Assembly (NCBI RefSeq): GCF_009914755.1
Contig: NC_060931.1
DNA length: 64,000 bases
Reading direction: 5' to 3' (one strand)
From: the human T2T-CHM13v2.0 reference genome, Homo sapiens
The notes below the pieces were generated by a model. It was not told the origin of the DNA and made no database searches. It was given only the letters and a program-made list of their open reading frames with translations. Numbering within the stretch: position 1 is the stretch's first letter; each line of letters starts with the position of its first letter. Both the position numbers and the translations under genes were made by a program. Below, piece by piece: positions 27,471 to 40,527 of the stretch.

Positions 27471-29599
27471 GCGTAGCAGCCTTTCAAACGGAGTTAGAAC
27501 AAAGAGATTGGAATAGAAAGGAGAAAGCAGCATTTTAATAATGGATTTATAACTTGGATTTGCTGAAAACATCTGAATATCCCTTCCAATTCCCAAAATA
27601 GGGCACACTGGAGCTTCACATCAAACTATGAAAACTTAAACGGAGGATACGCAGTTTTCTACTTCCAGCAATTTACTAAGTTCTATCAATTCTATGAGGT
27701 CTCCAATGTCCTTATTATTCATTCCTCCCCTTTTTGCTTAAGTTGTTCACAGTGTTTCTGTTGTTTGCTGCTATGAACTGAAACTAGCTCCCTGCCACAA
27801 TTGTAGACATTTTACGCTGTTGTTGTTCCATATGTCTTAATTTAGATTCAGGGAATGGATGCCTTTTAAGAATCCGGGATGATGGCTGCTAAACAGAATC
27901 TAAGGTCAATACCTAATAAACTATCTAAGAGGAGGGAGAAAGAGAGGATAAGAGTACTCAAAAGTCTTTAATGTAGAGAGTAGGGCCTATATCAGGGGCT
28001 AGGATGATAAATTATCTGGAATACAGAATTTCTGAAGAGAAACAAGAAATAGGATAATGGTGATTGTCAGGGAGGTAGCTTTGAATTCACTATTGCTTTT
28101 TTGTTTTGTTCTGTTTTACATTGCTTTAATTTTTCAATCACTGTTAGCAAAAAATTAAACTTGAAATTCAAAAAGAAAATAATTTAATCCTATTTAGACA
28201 TTATAAGAAGTGAAGGAAATAATCTAAAGTAAAAATTGAGAGTGGAAATTGTTATATTTGCAAATGAAAAAGTCTGAAAATGCTGGGTCTCATGCCAGGA
28301 TCTACAAAATAAGAGAAAAGACAAAGAATAGTTATTAAAAGTGCTTAATCTGGGGTCAACTTCTTCAGTGGCCCTAGTAGGAAAATTGACTTGACCAGGA
28401 ACTTGACCAAGTGGACTGAGCACTATGAAACTTCTAAGAGATTCTCAATATTCAAATAAAATTGACCTGAACTGCACTTATGAGACACACATCCATGACC
28501 TTTGCCTTTGTAGAATTCAGTTTTCATCTCATCCAACATGCCTGCTCACAACATGTATTCAGTCACAGAGGCACTGACGCTGAGATTATCATTATTACGT
28601 CTCAAACTAATAATTAAGACATCTGAAACTTGGTGTTCCTATAGATTAAGATATTAGGAGTTCTTTAGGACAGTATGGTAGTGAGAGAGAAAATAAAATT
28701 AGGAGGATGTTGGAAAAGGTGCTTAAAGGTAGAGAAATGTAGGATTCATGCAAGGCGCTTAGCTTTTTTGTTCAGCTCTTCTCCAGAACTAGGCACACTA
28801 TGGAAACATGATCAGAACTGAGTGACGAAACATGTAAGTTGTTCTTGGCCAATGCTTCAAAACTGGGGTAAACTGGGATAAACTGATGCAGTTTCTTGCA
28901 ACTGGAGAGTATTGACTTCTGGGTTTCCAGCCTTGTAAGGCCTTACTGGGATGGCCAAATGACAAGCAATCGAGTTCCTGAGAACCTGCCTGTGTTGTGG
29001 CCCAATGCATGGGAAGCACTAATCTAATCTATGAAAACTTCATTTTAAATAGACTCTTCTTCAGGTCTGATATTAGCCTATCCTGACCTTTGTACCTGCT
29101 GGATTGCTGGCACTTTTGTGGGGTAAATATGCTGTCCTTCCTCTGATTAAATGCAGCCCCTACTTGGCAATATCTGAGACCTGGCAAGAGGTATGTGACC
29201 TGGATTTAGCTCCTGCTCACTCCTCTACTGGGTACCCATGTATAGTATGTCTATTCAGTATTCTATTATCCTTTCTTTTATTGAACTAATTTTATGCAGT
29301 CTCCAATCTAGTGGTCATTGATGACCTTATTCTTTTAAATTTATCAGTTATGCTTCTGTCTTCATGAATTCTTTCTTAGGCTCAAATATTCCCTTCTTCA
29401 CCTAATTGTTTACTCAAGTTTAAGAGTTTCATATTCTCTTAAATCTACCTAAAAAAGGAAAAAGAAACCTAAAATGTCTCTTCCCTGTCATCTTTCTGTG
29501 TTGTTGTTTTTGTTTTAGTTTGTTTTCTATCAAACAAATTCATACCAAATCACGTCATCTAATAGTTCAAGATAGTGTTGAAGCTCACCAGTTATGACG

Positions 29600-30095
29600 T
29601 CCAGGAACACACCTGTAATGTTTATTTCCCTTGCTGTAGACATGTGAGGTATCTAGAGAAGACGTTTTTAAGAGGTGCTTGCTTATTACAATACTTGGCT
29701 TGGACTGCGTGATTCTAAGAAGGGATTAAGAAAGTGAAGGCTCAATTTGAATTGAGTGCTGTCAGGAAGCAGGGGCAGTTCAGTGGCTATGTGTCTTAGT
29801 TATTTTTTATCTAGGAGGGGAGAAGATTAAAGCCAAGCTAGAGCTGTCATTGACAAAGTAGTAGTCCCTCATGTTACTAAAAAGAAGAACTGTTATTTTT
29901 GTATGCAGAGTATTTCTGTCTCTGTCTTGTTTTAGGCATAGTTGTGGAGCAGTTTTACCTGTCTTGTCCACCATAGTCCCCGGGTGGCCAAGTCTGGTTT
30001 TTGTTTATATTCTTCAAGGGTTGTTTATATTTAGTTGAAAATATTAGACCTAACTACTAGGTCTCAACTGCCAGGTATTAATCTTTTTCAATGCA
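29600..30095 (-). mobile_element. Old ERV1 solo LTR (MER67-like)
   Basis: tgctgtcaggaagcaggggcagttc...agctgtcattgacaaag...ctaggtctcaactgccagg; family assigned from recall. Confidence 0.45.
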
Positions 30096-31333
30096 TAAAC
30101 TTTTTATAATATGCTTGCTTTTCTCTATTTGGTCTCACTTCTCTCCAGGTCTTTTCTAGTGGAGAGTGCTGATGCATAGTTAAGTGGAAAATAGAACGGA
30201 TCCTGTCAGATACCAGGGTGAGGCCTTTCCTGAAATCTTCAGGCTGCAAAAATAGAGAGGAAAAATAGAGCTAATGTGAATTTGAACTTTGCAAATATCA
30301 AAGATCTTTGCTGGAGAGTAAAGAGAGTATATAGGTCAAAGAAGTGACAGTACAGAATTTTGCTCCTGTGAAACCATCTAATGGCATAAAGGAGCCTTGT
30401 GCATTCTACCTAGATTGGCCATACAATTCAAGGATAGCCCCCAAGTATCTGTGTTTTGGATTGATGATCCACCCACTTTAGATTCCCCTTTGTGATTTCC
30501 ATCTTGTATTAGGGAGATTAGTGGGCTTTTGTCAGAATTACCTACAAACTGCAATAATATGGGGGAAATCCCAAGTGTTTCTTCCATACTGTACCTTAAA
30601 TTCATCCCTTCTGGCTACATACAGCAAAAGCTCTAAAAGTTCTGGAAGGTCTTCAGTAGCAGACTTCTTTAGTTTTTATATCTAATATAGCTTTTCCTTA
30701 TTTTTATATTCACCTGATAATTTCCATGGCAACTGGTGTGAGGAAAAAGTAATTGGTTTGAAAGATAATTATTTCACTCTCTTATCTAGAGAAATGTATG
30801 TGATTTCTAAAGATTGAAACAGAAAAGGTATATTGCCTATGATGAGCAGTTAAAAGTTTTTATATGTGAATCGTTATAATCTCTGCAAAATTTCATTAAT
30901 CCAAAATTTTCAGAGTGAGATAAACTGTATGCCCCATTCGTACCCTTTGGTAAGGAAAGTTTCAAGTGTCTTCCTGCTGCATAACCCAACACTTCAAACA
31001 TAAACATATCTATCAAAGGAATGACCAGATAGCCAGTTTACAAACCTGCTGACCTGTTCTTAAGGAAGAATTTTGTGAACAGGAGTTAGTCTAATGTTAA
31101 ACCTCAAATTGACTTCCTTTTACCATCCAGAAAATCCTAACACTGACTCTTGAAACCAATGAATATGTAGTAAAGGAATGTGTGCATTTTACTATTATGT
31201 TCAGAAAAACATAATTTATAAGTAAAAAGTACTGCAACCATCAATGCCTGATAAAGGAAAAATACCTTAAAATTGTTTTTATTTTTGCCATTGCTCACTA
31301 ATTTGAATGAGATTGATAAGGATGAATTTCTTT

Positions 31334-31489
31334 CTCTCTCTCTCTCTCTCTTTCTTCCTTTCTTTTTTTGAGACAAGGTCTCAAAAAACTATGTTTCCCA
31401 GACTGGTCTCGAACTCCTGGGCTCAAACAGTCCTCCTGCATTGGCCTCCCAAATGCTGGAATTACAGGTGTGAGTCACCACGCCCAGCC
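31334..31489 (-). mobile_element. FLAM (Alu monomer) with (CT)n-converted tail
   Basis: Single antisense Alu arm; 15-bp TSD aggatgaatttcttt at 31319-33 and 31492-506. Confidence 0.85.
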
Positions 31490-31837
31490 CTAGGATGAAT
31501 TTCTTTTTAATTGGCATGTTATTTAGGTGCTTTCAGAAATATATTTATAGATTTTCAAAATGAGAGAAACTTTGGAAGTCATCTAGCTTATAAATGTATC
31601 TAGCTTAGAAAATACTGTAAAAATGAGTTCCATTTTGTTAAGTACATAGTCCTTAAAAAAGGTAAATTGCAGCTTTAATTTATTTAGACTCTTTATAAAT
31701 ATGCTCTGTGAATTTTCAAGACAGGATAGAAAATAGAGAATTGCCCAAACTAGTCTTATCAGACAACCCATTTTATGATTCATATCTGTTAAAATTTTCT
31801 AGAAACACATTTTAAGAAGCACTATTTAGAAAACTCA

Positions 31838-31980
31838 CATCTGTCCAAACTTTCTCATTTTCTTTAATGAAATCTGACAGAGATAAGCTAAGTGATGTGT
31901 CCATAATCTGTTATTGTCAGTTCCCAGAATAGTACCCAGCTTCCTGATTTCCAGGCTAATTTTTCCACTACACCACACAC
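31838..31980 (-). mobile_element. MIR SINE remnant
   Basis: ctcattttctttaatgaaatctgacagag...aagtgatgtgtcc...tttccactacaccacac. Confidence 0.6.
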
Positions 31981-33463
31981 TTGCAACTTGTAGGCATATC
32001 ACTACCAGAAGATCGTTGTTTTACATACTTATCTGTATAAAATTATATTATTTATTCCTTTAGAATGTATTGAAGAGTTGTTTTATTATTTAGTGAATTT
32101 ACAGTCAAGTAAATAATTCAAAACTCCCAAAGTGCTATGTTTTAATTATGTCCATATTTGACTATGTTGCCAAATATATCTATTTTTAATATAAAATAGA
32201 GTGTAAGACTGATAAAAACCAATGCAAATTGGATAATTTTGTTTAAATCTTTCATTATAGCCAGTAAAATATTGTCAAGTAGCTCATATTGGCCTAAAAT
32301 ATGTTTCTCTTCATTGCCACAGCTGTAAATTAAATCTGAATCTAATGTTTATGTATCTACTGCATACTTAGAATAAACCATGGCTTGAAGTCCCTTTTAT
32401 AAATAATCAGTTTTGCTATTAATCAAGTTAAACATTTCAATAATATATGAAATACATTAGTTTCTTGGAGGAAAGTGTCAGCGGTAAAAGTATCATGGAA
32501 GCACTTAGCTCACTCAGTAAACAAAACTTGGGTGGAATAGTGACTGTAAAAGATTGAGTCAGGGAAAAAACAGCAATGTTATACAGAGGTCTTTTGGAAT
32601 TTTCCCTTGAAGGTCTTTTTAACTATGTGCTAAATTGAAAAGCAACTATAATTTTACCAAACTGGAGAGAACTTAGGAAATAAAATATACCTAAAATCTG
32701 ATTATTGCCATTACTAAGAACTATTATTTTTAAACCAAGATAAAATTTGGATTAATTAACTGTCTTAGACAATAATTGAGTTACCACACTAAGTGAATAT
32801 ATTATTAATGTTTATTATTTTAAAAGATCTTTGATTTAAATGTCACAAACTTTCTTATTCTAATAAAGAAGAAAGTTTATCAAAATCCAGTGGAGAACTA
32901 GCTTTTACATGAAATAAATCTATTTATTTTTCTTTCTTGGGATTCAGAGGCATGGGTTTCTGAGTCCTTGGGAAACCTGATAATATGCCATATGAGGGAA
33001 GAGAAGCTTATTTCTTCCAACTTTTCCCAAGTGTGTTAGTCTACAAATGTTTCTCCTCTGTATTGTCAAGATCTTTCTTCCAGATTTTTTTTTTTCTGTT
33101 CCATCTAAGTACAGGTTAAAAATGCCTCCAACCTTTACACATTCCCTAGCTCTTAAATCAGTCTGGTTATTCAGCCCTAGGAAGAATCTGTATTCGAAGT
33201 ATCCATTGTTATGATTTTCTGCCCTGAGTTCATACATATTTATAAAAAACACTTTAAAGTGTAAATTATTTTGAGGTGTTATGCAGGGATCCTTAAGGAA
33301 AAGGGTAATATCAAAATCAACTTTGTGTCCTCAAAAACTAGAGAGTGCTTGTGAAATAATAGCAGTTTGGCAGTTATTGTTTGCGTGAACAATGAATGAA
33401 CACTAAATTCACACTGTCGTAATTTACAAAGTATGTTTTGCCTTACAATATAGTAGTTTATAA

Positions 33464-33573
33464 ACAGAGTGACCAAGTGCCTTGGTTTACCAGGATTGAG
33501 GAGTTTCCCAGAAAATGGGATTTTAATGCTAAATCTAGGACAGCCTCGGGCATGCTGGGATGATTTTTCAGCT
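33464..33573. mobile_element. MER81 hAT-Blackjack MITE
   Basis: agagtgaccaagtgccttggtttaccaggattgaggagtttcccag...aatgctaaatctaggacag. Confidence 0.7.
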
Positions 33574-34051
33574 TATTGGTATATAGAAAATGAAGAGAAG
33601 GAAGGGACAATAGAAACCTTCACTAGATCTGAAGAAAGGTAAGAATTATTTCTGTATCCTCCCATGCACCCCTGTGTTCTTGGTAACTTCTTTTAAAGTT
33701 TCCCTTGCCCGGAGGCTCTTGACCCTGTCTCACCACTTCTCTTCCTTCACTTACCCTAGGACACAGATGTACTCTGCCAAGCTCTAGCCTCAGATAGTCT
33801 TTTTTTTCTTGCTGTTCATTGAAACTCACCTATTTTATTCTATTGTTTGAGAGATTATACTCACACTACAATGAATAATGTTCTCATACACCCTAATCCT
33901 GGCATATATTCATTTTCGTGTTACTTATTCAACAAATATTTATTTGTTATCTACTATTTTTTAAGGATTGTTCAGGCCCTGAAGATAGGCAATATGAAAG
34001 GAGAGAGTGACAACCATAAAAAAAATACACATAGACATGAAAGCAAATATA

Positions 34052-34432
34052 TAATTGATACTTATTGCTGGCTGTAGTAATGTTTTATAAAGTCACTGTG
34101 AACACTGAATTAATGAGTACTGAACCAGTGCTTCTAGGGCAAACACAGGTTTAGGTTCCCCTGAGTCTCTAGTCACAATATTTTTGTCAACCAATCAATA
34201 CATAACTTTGTTCTATATGAGCTTCTGTTTTAAACTACATTATTTAAATATATTGTTGATTTGTTAACATTGAACTCATGGCCAACAGCACAACTGATGC
34301 CTGAGCAAAGCTTATCCGTATGCCTGTGGAGAACTTCAAAAGGGTTGTGAGCATTGATTTGGGGTTTACCAATAAATTATAGCAAGTCAGCAAGTTCTCA
34401 AACATGTAATACATAAATAGTAATGATTCATT
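34052..34432 (+). mobile_element. MER82 (Tigger-family), internally deleted
   Basis: ttttataaagtcactgtgaacactgaatt...ttaacattgaactcatggccaacagcac...ggggtttaccaataaattatagcaag. Confidence 0.75.
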
Positions 34433-34671
34433 ATAATTCAAATAAAGATATTTTGGGAGAAGAGGAGGTAAAAAACAACCCAAGACTGATGGGTGGAAGA
34501 TTCAGGGCAGGATTCACAAAAAGTAGTGTTTAACACAAGACCCTAATGGTGTGTGTAGACACAGATATGGGGCAGTCGAGGTGAGGGAAACAGCATATGT
34601 GGAGGCAAAGAAGGAAACCTTCATTTATTGTTTAAATGTAAAGGATGGAGTGAGAGGGTGAATACCATAAG

Positions 34672-34768
34672 TTGAGGTTGGAGGTTAAGGCAGGAGAATT
34701 GCCTGAATCCAGTAATTCAAGGCCAGCCTGGGCAACATAGCAAGACATTGTCTTAAAAAAAAAAAAAA
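34672..34768 (+). mobile_element. 5'-truncated FLAM/Alu monomer with poly-A
   Basis: ggcaggagaattgcctgaatccagtaattcaaggccagcctgggcaacatagcaagac then an A-run. Confidence 0.8.
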
Positions 34769-35654
34769 GGGGGGGGCAGGAAGGTAGTAAGGAGCCAGCT
34801 CAGAAGGGTTTACCATGACATGAAGTGTTTAAAGTTTATAAATCACAAAGAAATATTGGAGGCTTCTGAAAGAAAACAAGCAGAGTCATTAGATTTTCCC
34901 TTTAAAAAACTTCGCTGGCATCTCTGTGAAGGATGGATTGAAGAGGAAAGAGATGAGTCAAGAAAATCGGAAAGTAAGTGATAACAATGTAGTAATAATT
35001 AGGAGAAAAGTGGAGGTGCCTATATGAAGGCACTAATAATTGAGATATTAAGAAGAAGGACATAAATAATGATTAGGTTCTTCTTTGAGTTAATAAATAA
35101 GAGTTAATCAAAGTAAATTAATGATAGTTGATGTCAAGTTTGAGGCCAAATAGGAGAAAAAGTTTTGGATGTTGCGATACACCAAAATAAGAAATATAAG
35201 ATCTCGTGTTCAGATTTGGTCAAATTACTTGTGGTGAATGGTAAATTCAGAAAACAATAGATAACAGAAATCTTAGCATAAGGGTCTGGAGCTCAGGAGA
35301 AGATTCAGAACAAGATACTTATTTGGGAATCTTTAGAGTAGAAATAGCCGATGTAGTTAAAGGCATGAAATAAATTGCCTGTGCAAAAGAACAGTCATAC
35401 CTAATACTTATATTGTACATACTATATTATTGTTGTCACTCCCAATTTACAGGTGGGCCACAGAAAGAATACATGACTTTCCAAAGTCACATATCTGTCA
35501 AATAGTAGGGCCTAGATTTCAACCAAAGTAATATAGCTTCAGGTAACCTAGAAACCTCTTTGGGGTATGTCAGAATATAATAAATAGATAAGATAAAAAG
35601 ATGCTGCAAAACAAAATCTTCAAAGAGAATACCAGGGAAGCAGGAATAACCAAA

Positions 35655-36528
35655 AGACTGATGATCTTCAACAAAGGTTCCAAGAACACACAATGGGGAA
35701 AGACAGTTTCCTCAGTTAAATGGTGTTAGGAAAACATGATGTCCATATGCAGAAAAATGAAATTGAACTCTTATCTCACCCCATATGCAAAAATCAACTT
35801 AAAGTCTTAAACATAAGATCTGAAACTGCAAAAATAAATTGACTGACCCCAAAAGTACAGGCAACAAAAGCAAAAATAGACAAATGAAATTATATCAAAC
35901 TGAAACCTTCTGCATAACAAAGGAAATAATCAACAGAGTGAAGAGACAACCTACAAAATGGAAGAAAATATTTGCAAACTATGCATCTGAAGAGGGATTA
36001 ATAAATAGAATATATAAGGAACTCAACCAATTAACAAAAAAATCCCAAATAATCACATTAAAAATGGGCAAATGACATGAATAGGCATTTCACAAAAGAC
36101 AACATACAAATAAATAGTGAACTGATATATGAAGAAATGCCCAAAATCATTAATCATCAGGGAAGTACAAATCTAAACTACAATGAGATATCTCCTCTCA
36201 CATGTTAGAATGTCTAATATTAAAATGATGGAAGATAATGAGTTAGGTAGGATATAGAGAAAAGGGAACCCTCACATACTGTTGGTGGAAATGTAATAGT
36301 ATAGGCATTATGAAAAATGGTATGGATGTTCTTCAAATTGTTGAAAATAGAACAACCATACAACCATGTGATCCAGCAATTTTACTTCTAGGTATATCCA
36401 AAGAAAATAAAATCAGTATGTCAAAGAGATATCTGTAGATATCTGTATTCCCATGTTTCTTGTAGCATTATTCAGAATAGCTTATGTATAGAATCAACCT
36501 AGGTCTCTATCAATGATGAATGAATAAA

Positions 36529-36560
<32 letters not shown>

Positions 36561-37160
36561 ATACACATACATAATTATAGATTATAGTTATAGAATATAG
36601 CATTCTATCATGTGTATATGTGTATATATGTACATGTTCTATAATATAGTGCCTATAGTAATATATAGTATTCCATTTTGTGTACCTGTACCATTCAGCC
36701 TTAAAAAACAAGGAAATCCTCTCATCTGCAATAACATGGTTGAAGCTACAGAATATTATACTAAGTGAAATAAGCCAAGCCAAAAAAAAATACTGTGTAA
36801 TGTCACTTGTATGTGGAATCTAAAATGTCAAACTCATAGAATCAGAGTAAAATGGTGTTTACTCAGGGATTGGAGTTCATGGGAGGTGATGAGATGCTGG
36901 TTCAAGGATACAAAATTTGAGTTAGGCAGGAGGGATATGTTCAGGAGACCTATTGTAAAGCATGATGACTATAGTTAATAACAATGTATTGTATACTTGA
37001 AATTGCTAAGAGAATAGATTTTAAACATTTCCACCATAATGGTAAATCATCGGTATGTGAAGTTATGAAAATAGCTTGATTTAGCAATTTTACAATGTAT
37101 ACCTATATCAAAACCTCATTTAAACTATAAATATTTACAATTTGTATTAGACAAATTAAA
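35655..37160 (+). mobile_element. 5'-truncated L1MA (L1MA4-6-like)
   Basis: Degenerate ORF2 C-terminus (ORF 35839-36075, FCITKEIINRVKRQPT) and L1MA 3' UTR; internal AT low-complexity at 36530-36690. Confidence 0.85.
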
Positions 37161-37163
37161 CAA

Positions 37164-37458
37164 TTTTTTTTTTTTTTAGACAGAGTTTCACTCTGTCACC
37201 CAGGCTGGAGTACAGTGGTGTGATCTCAGCTCACTGTGGCCTCCACCTCCCAAGCTCAAGCGAGTCTCCTGCCTTAGGCCCCTGAGTAGTTGGGATTACA
37301 GGTGCCCACTACCGCACCCGGCTAATTTCTGTAGTTTTAGTGGAGACAGGGTTTCTCCTTGTTGGCCAGGCTGGTCTCGAAATCCTGACCTAAAGTGATC
37401 CACCTGCCTTGGCCTCCCAAAGTGCTGGGATTACAGGTGTTAGTCACCGCACCCAGCC
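37164..37458 (-). mobile_element. AluS SINE
   Basis: Poly-T plus antisense dimer with gttggccaggctggtctcgaa. Confidence 0.95.
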
Positions 37459-38287
37459 AAAAAATATTATTTTTTTAAGATAAAACAAAAAAGAACCAAG
37501 AAAAGCTCATTTCATAGAATTTGAAGGTGAAATTAGTTCAAGAAGGTCAGTCATCAGTGCTAGAAGTGGTACATCAATAAATAAAGAGAAAACTAAAATG
37601 TGTCTGTTGGAATTGAGACCTCCTAGGTCATTGGTAATCTTAGCAAAACTTAAGTTTTTCATGGTTTAAGAAATATAAGGAAAGATGCAATTTGTAGTAC
37701 CTTTATCTTAAAACATTACTGTAAAAGAAAGGAGATTGGAAGGGATATAACAAAAGAGTATAGGCAAGGAAGAAGTGATGTTGAAAATAGAAAAAAAAAT
37801 GATTGCAGCAGTAAGTTCTGGCGAAGGCTGAAGTGGATGAGATGAAGAGCACCATTAGAAAGTTATCTTCAAATTCTAAGGCACAGTTTAGAGATAATAA
37901 GGGCAGGTATAATATATATAAAGGAGAAAGTGAAAAACTTTGCACTAGATATTTTCTTTTCTTTGAAAAATAAAAAATAAAGCATATTTGTATTTTTAAA
38001 AAGAGATGAAATACTTTATCCTTAAAAAACAACTATACCCATTTCTAATAACAATGTTGTCAACCAGCATAACAGATGAGTAGGAGAGAAGGTTCTTTGG
38101 TCAAAGGGGATTTTATAGTACATCTTCATATCATGCTGTTGAGATGACTAAACTACACCTGACAAGCAGAATCTTGACTGAAAATTGAGTTATTTGGCAG
38201 AAAAAGAAAATTTAGTGCTAGGAAATTTTCTAGTGATGTTTCACTTTATTTATCTTAACAAAACCCAGAGTCCCAGGCTAACAGTGA

Positions 38288-38480
38288 AGAGCTACTCTTC
38301 TCTGGGTACTCCCATGTGTAAGCAAAATACACATAGGAATAAAGTCCCATTTGTTTTTGCCTGGGGCTTTGTAAATTAGACTGGCCAAACACCCTTAATC
38401 TGTGTTTGGCCAGTCTAATTTACAGAGCCCAGCTGGGGAATGTAAGATGGGTAGAGGAAAATATTTTTTCCTTTCCTACA
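38288..38480 (+). mobile_element. 3' end of a MER34/MER39-like LTR
   Basis: gagctactc...aataaa...ttaatctg...aagatgggtagaggaaaatattttttcctttcctaca terminus; family assigned from recall. Confidence 0.5.
38361..38432. repeat. Inverted repeat with 23-bp perfect arms and a 9-nt loop
   Basis: tgtaaattagactggccaaacac (38370-92) / gtgtttggccagtctaatttaca (38402-24), extending imperfectly to ~31 bp. Confidence 0.95.
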
Positions 38481-40168
38481 GTTTTTATGATGAAAATGAG
38501 ATAGCTGAGACACTTCGCTTGCTCCAGATGCAGTAGAAATCTAGGACCCTCTGACAACACCAGCCCAAGATGAATTCTTATTAAAGTCAGCGTCCCAGAT
38601 TTCTGTCTGCAGGTTTCAATCAAGTAAGAGTGGGAAAAAGCCTCTGTCTTTTTTTTTTTTTTTTCAAATTTAGATTAACTGAAGAAAAAATAATTTGCTA
38701 AAATTTGTTCTTTGGATTGTGACTCCTGTGAATTTGTTCCCAGTATTTGTTGGTTATTGATCCTTTCTTTCCCTGGGACAGCTATTTCTATCCCAAGTTT
38801 CTCAGTTTGTGTCATGAGTACCTGGCTTGACTTTTTGCAAGGTTGTACATGCTGTCGGGCCTACACCTTAAGGCAGTCAAATGTCTGGTTGCAGATCCTG
38901 AGAATATGTAGATGGAGGGGCAGAAATGTGAGATGCACCTCCTTTGTGGCTGATATCCTACCAGTTGTTACCAGCTCAGAAGGTTGATCGAAGTCTTTGA
39001 GTCTATCTTTGGGAGTGAATCTGGATCAGAAAGGCTGCATCTTTTGAATACTCTTTGGAGACACCTCTTAGCTAAGCTACAAAGTGACTGATTGGTTTGG
39101 TGTTGGGTCACAATTAGAATAGGTATACTTTTCGCTTAAGAAAGAGTGAGGAGTGAACTAAATACTGCCAGGAATATTTACTGTTTGTCATGGCTGCATT
39201 TTTTCAGTACGCTATGGTCAGAAGTTGGCCTAATTCGGGGCAAATTTTCAGAGCCTAATATGAACTATGTTTAAGGCCTTTTCTCCTAAGCTAAAATATA
39301 ATTGTGTACTTAGAATGAAAGAAAACATCCTAAAGTCTTTGTGGAATGATTTATTGAAACAGTTCAAAGGCACAAAGTTCTAAGTCTCTAACACGGGAAT
39401 CTTTACATTTTCATCTTAGTTGGAACTCTTCTCCCTGATATAAAGAAGCAAACTCAAGGTAATATAACTGGATGGGTGGGTCCACCCTTTGATATCATTC
39501 AGGCTGCAACCGAGTTCTTTGAGGAATTAAAAACAACTGTCCAGTATAACAGCAACAAAGGAGAGAGGAATGAGTGCCTCCATCTGTCCACATGGCTGAA
39601 GCCCTGATCTTTGTTTCCTTTCTTGCCTTTAACACAGTTCTCCAACCCCTGTCATGTAGATGTGAGAAACACCATCATTTGACTTACATGTTGGCTTTCA
39701 TCTCTGTTTTCCCTAGGGTTCTTCAAGCTGACAACCATTTCTTTCTCTGGATTAAAATCTCTATGCACCATAACTCCACAATAATTCATATAATTCTCCC
39801 CATATCACTGTCCAAAATACCAGATTCTGATGTTTATATTGTGCATGTGTCAGTCTCAGAAGTTGAGTATCATCATTCAAACCTCCCATTTGGCCTTCTT
39901 TCTGGTCTTTAATTTGGCTTCTTATCCAGGTTTTATTCCCTGTCCATTTTCTAGCTGTAATCTCTACTACTATTTGTTTTACCAATTCAATTTTCTTTTC
40001 TTTCTTATCCCAATCCCCTTGCTGTGTTTACTAGTCTTCCCTTCTACTTTTAATATTCTTATCAGATATACACAAGTTATGTGTGTATATATGGGCATAA
40101 TGTGCAATTAAACATGTAATTGATACCCACTATTCAGTGCAGGTATTCATGTCTACCTAGCAAGGGCA

Positions 40169-40527
40169 TGGGCCATAAACTGAAGATTTGCATCCCCCAA
40201 AAATTCCTATGTTGAGACCTAATATCTGATGTGATGGTATTTGGAGGTGGAGCTTTTGGGGGTGGGTTATGAGGGAGCAGCCCTCATAAATGGGATTAGT
40301 GTCTTTATACAAGAGGCCTTGAAAAATTCCCTTGCCCTTTGCCATGTTAGTTTATAGTGAGAAGATAGCTGTGTATGAGCCAGGAGGCAGGCCCTCACCA
40401 GAAACAAATCTGCTGGCACCTTGATTTTGGACTTTTTAGCCTCCAGAATTGTGAAAAATAAATTTATTTTATTTATAAGCCATCCATTCTATAGTATTTT
40501 GTTATAGCAGCCTGAATAAACTAAGAT
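40169..40527 (+). mobile_element. MLT1A-like MaLR solo LTR
   Basis: cccccaaaattcctatgttga...aatgggattagtgtc...gcctccagaattgtgaaaaataaa...gttatagcagcctgaataaactaaga. Confidence 0.85.

Larger units (their letters stand above)
33905..35390 (-). mobile_element. Fragmented L2 LINE, split by MER82 and a FLAM
   Basis: ttattcaacaaatatttatt 3' end; gagggaaacagcatatgtggaggc and ggtctggagctcaggagaag motifs. Confidence 0.6.

Noticed and set aside
27630-27645. gaaaacttaaacggag resembles the L1 left flank and could be a TSD after a 3' transduction
   Set aside because: Three mismatches in 16 nt and no second poly-A before it
38601-38630. Possible 11-nt microexon (tgcag|gtttcaatcaa|gtaaga)
   Set aside because: Weak pyrimidine tract and no gene context
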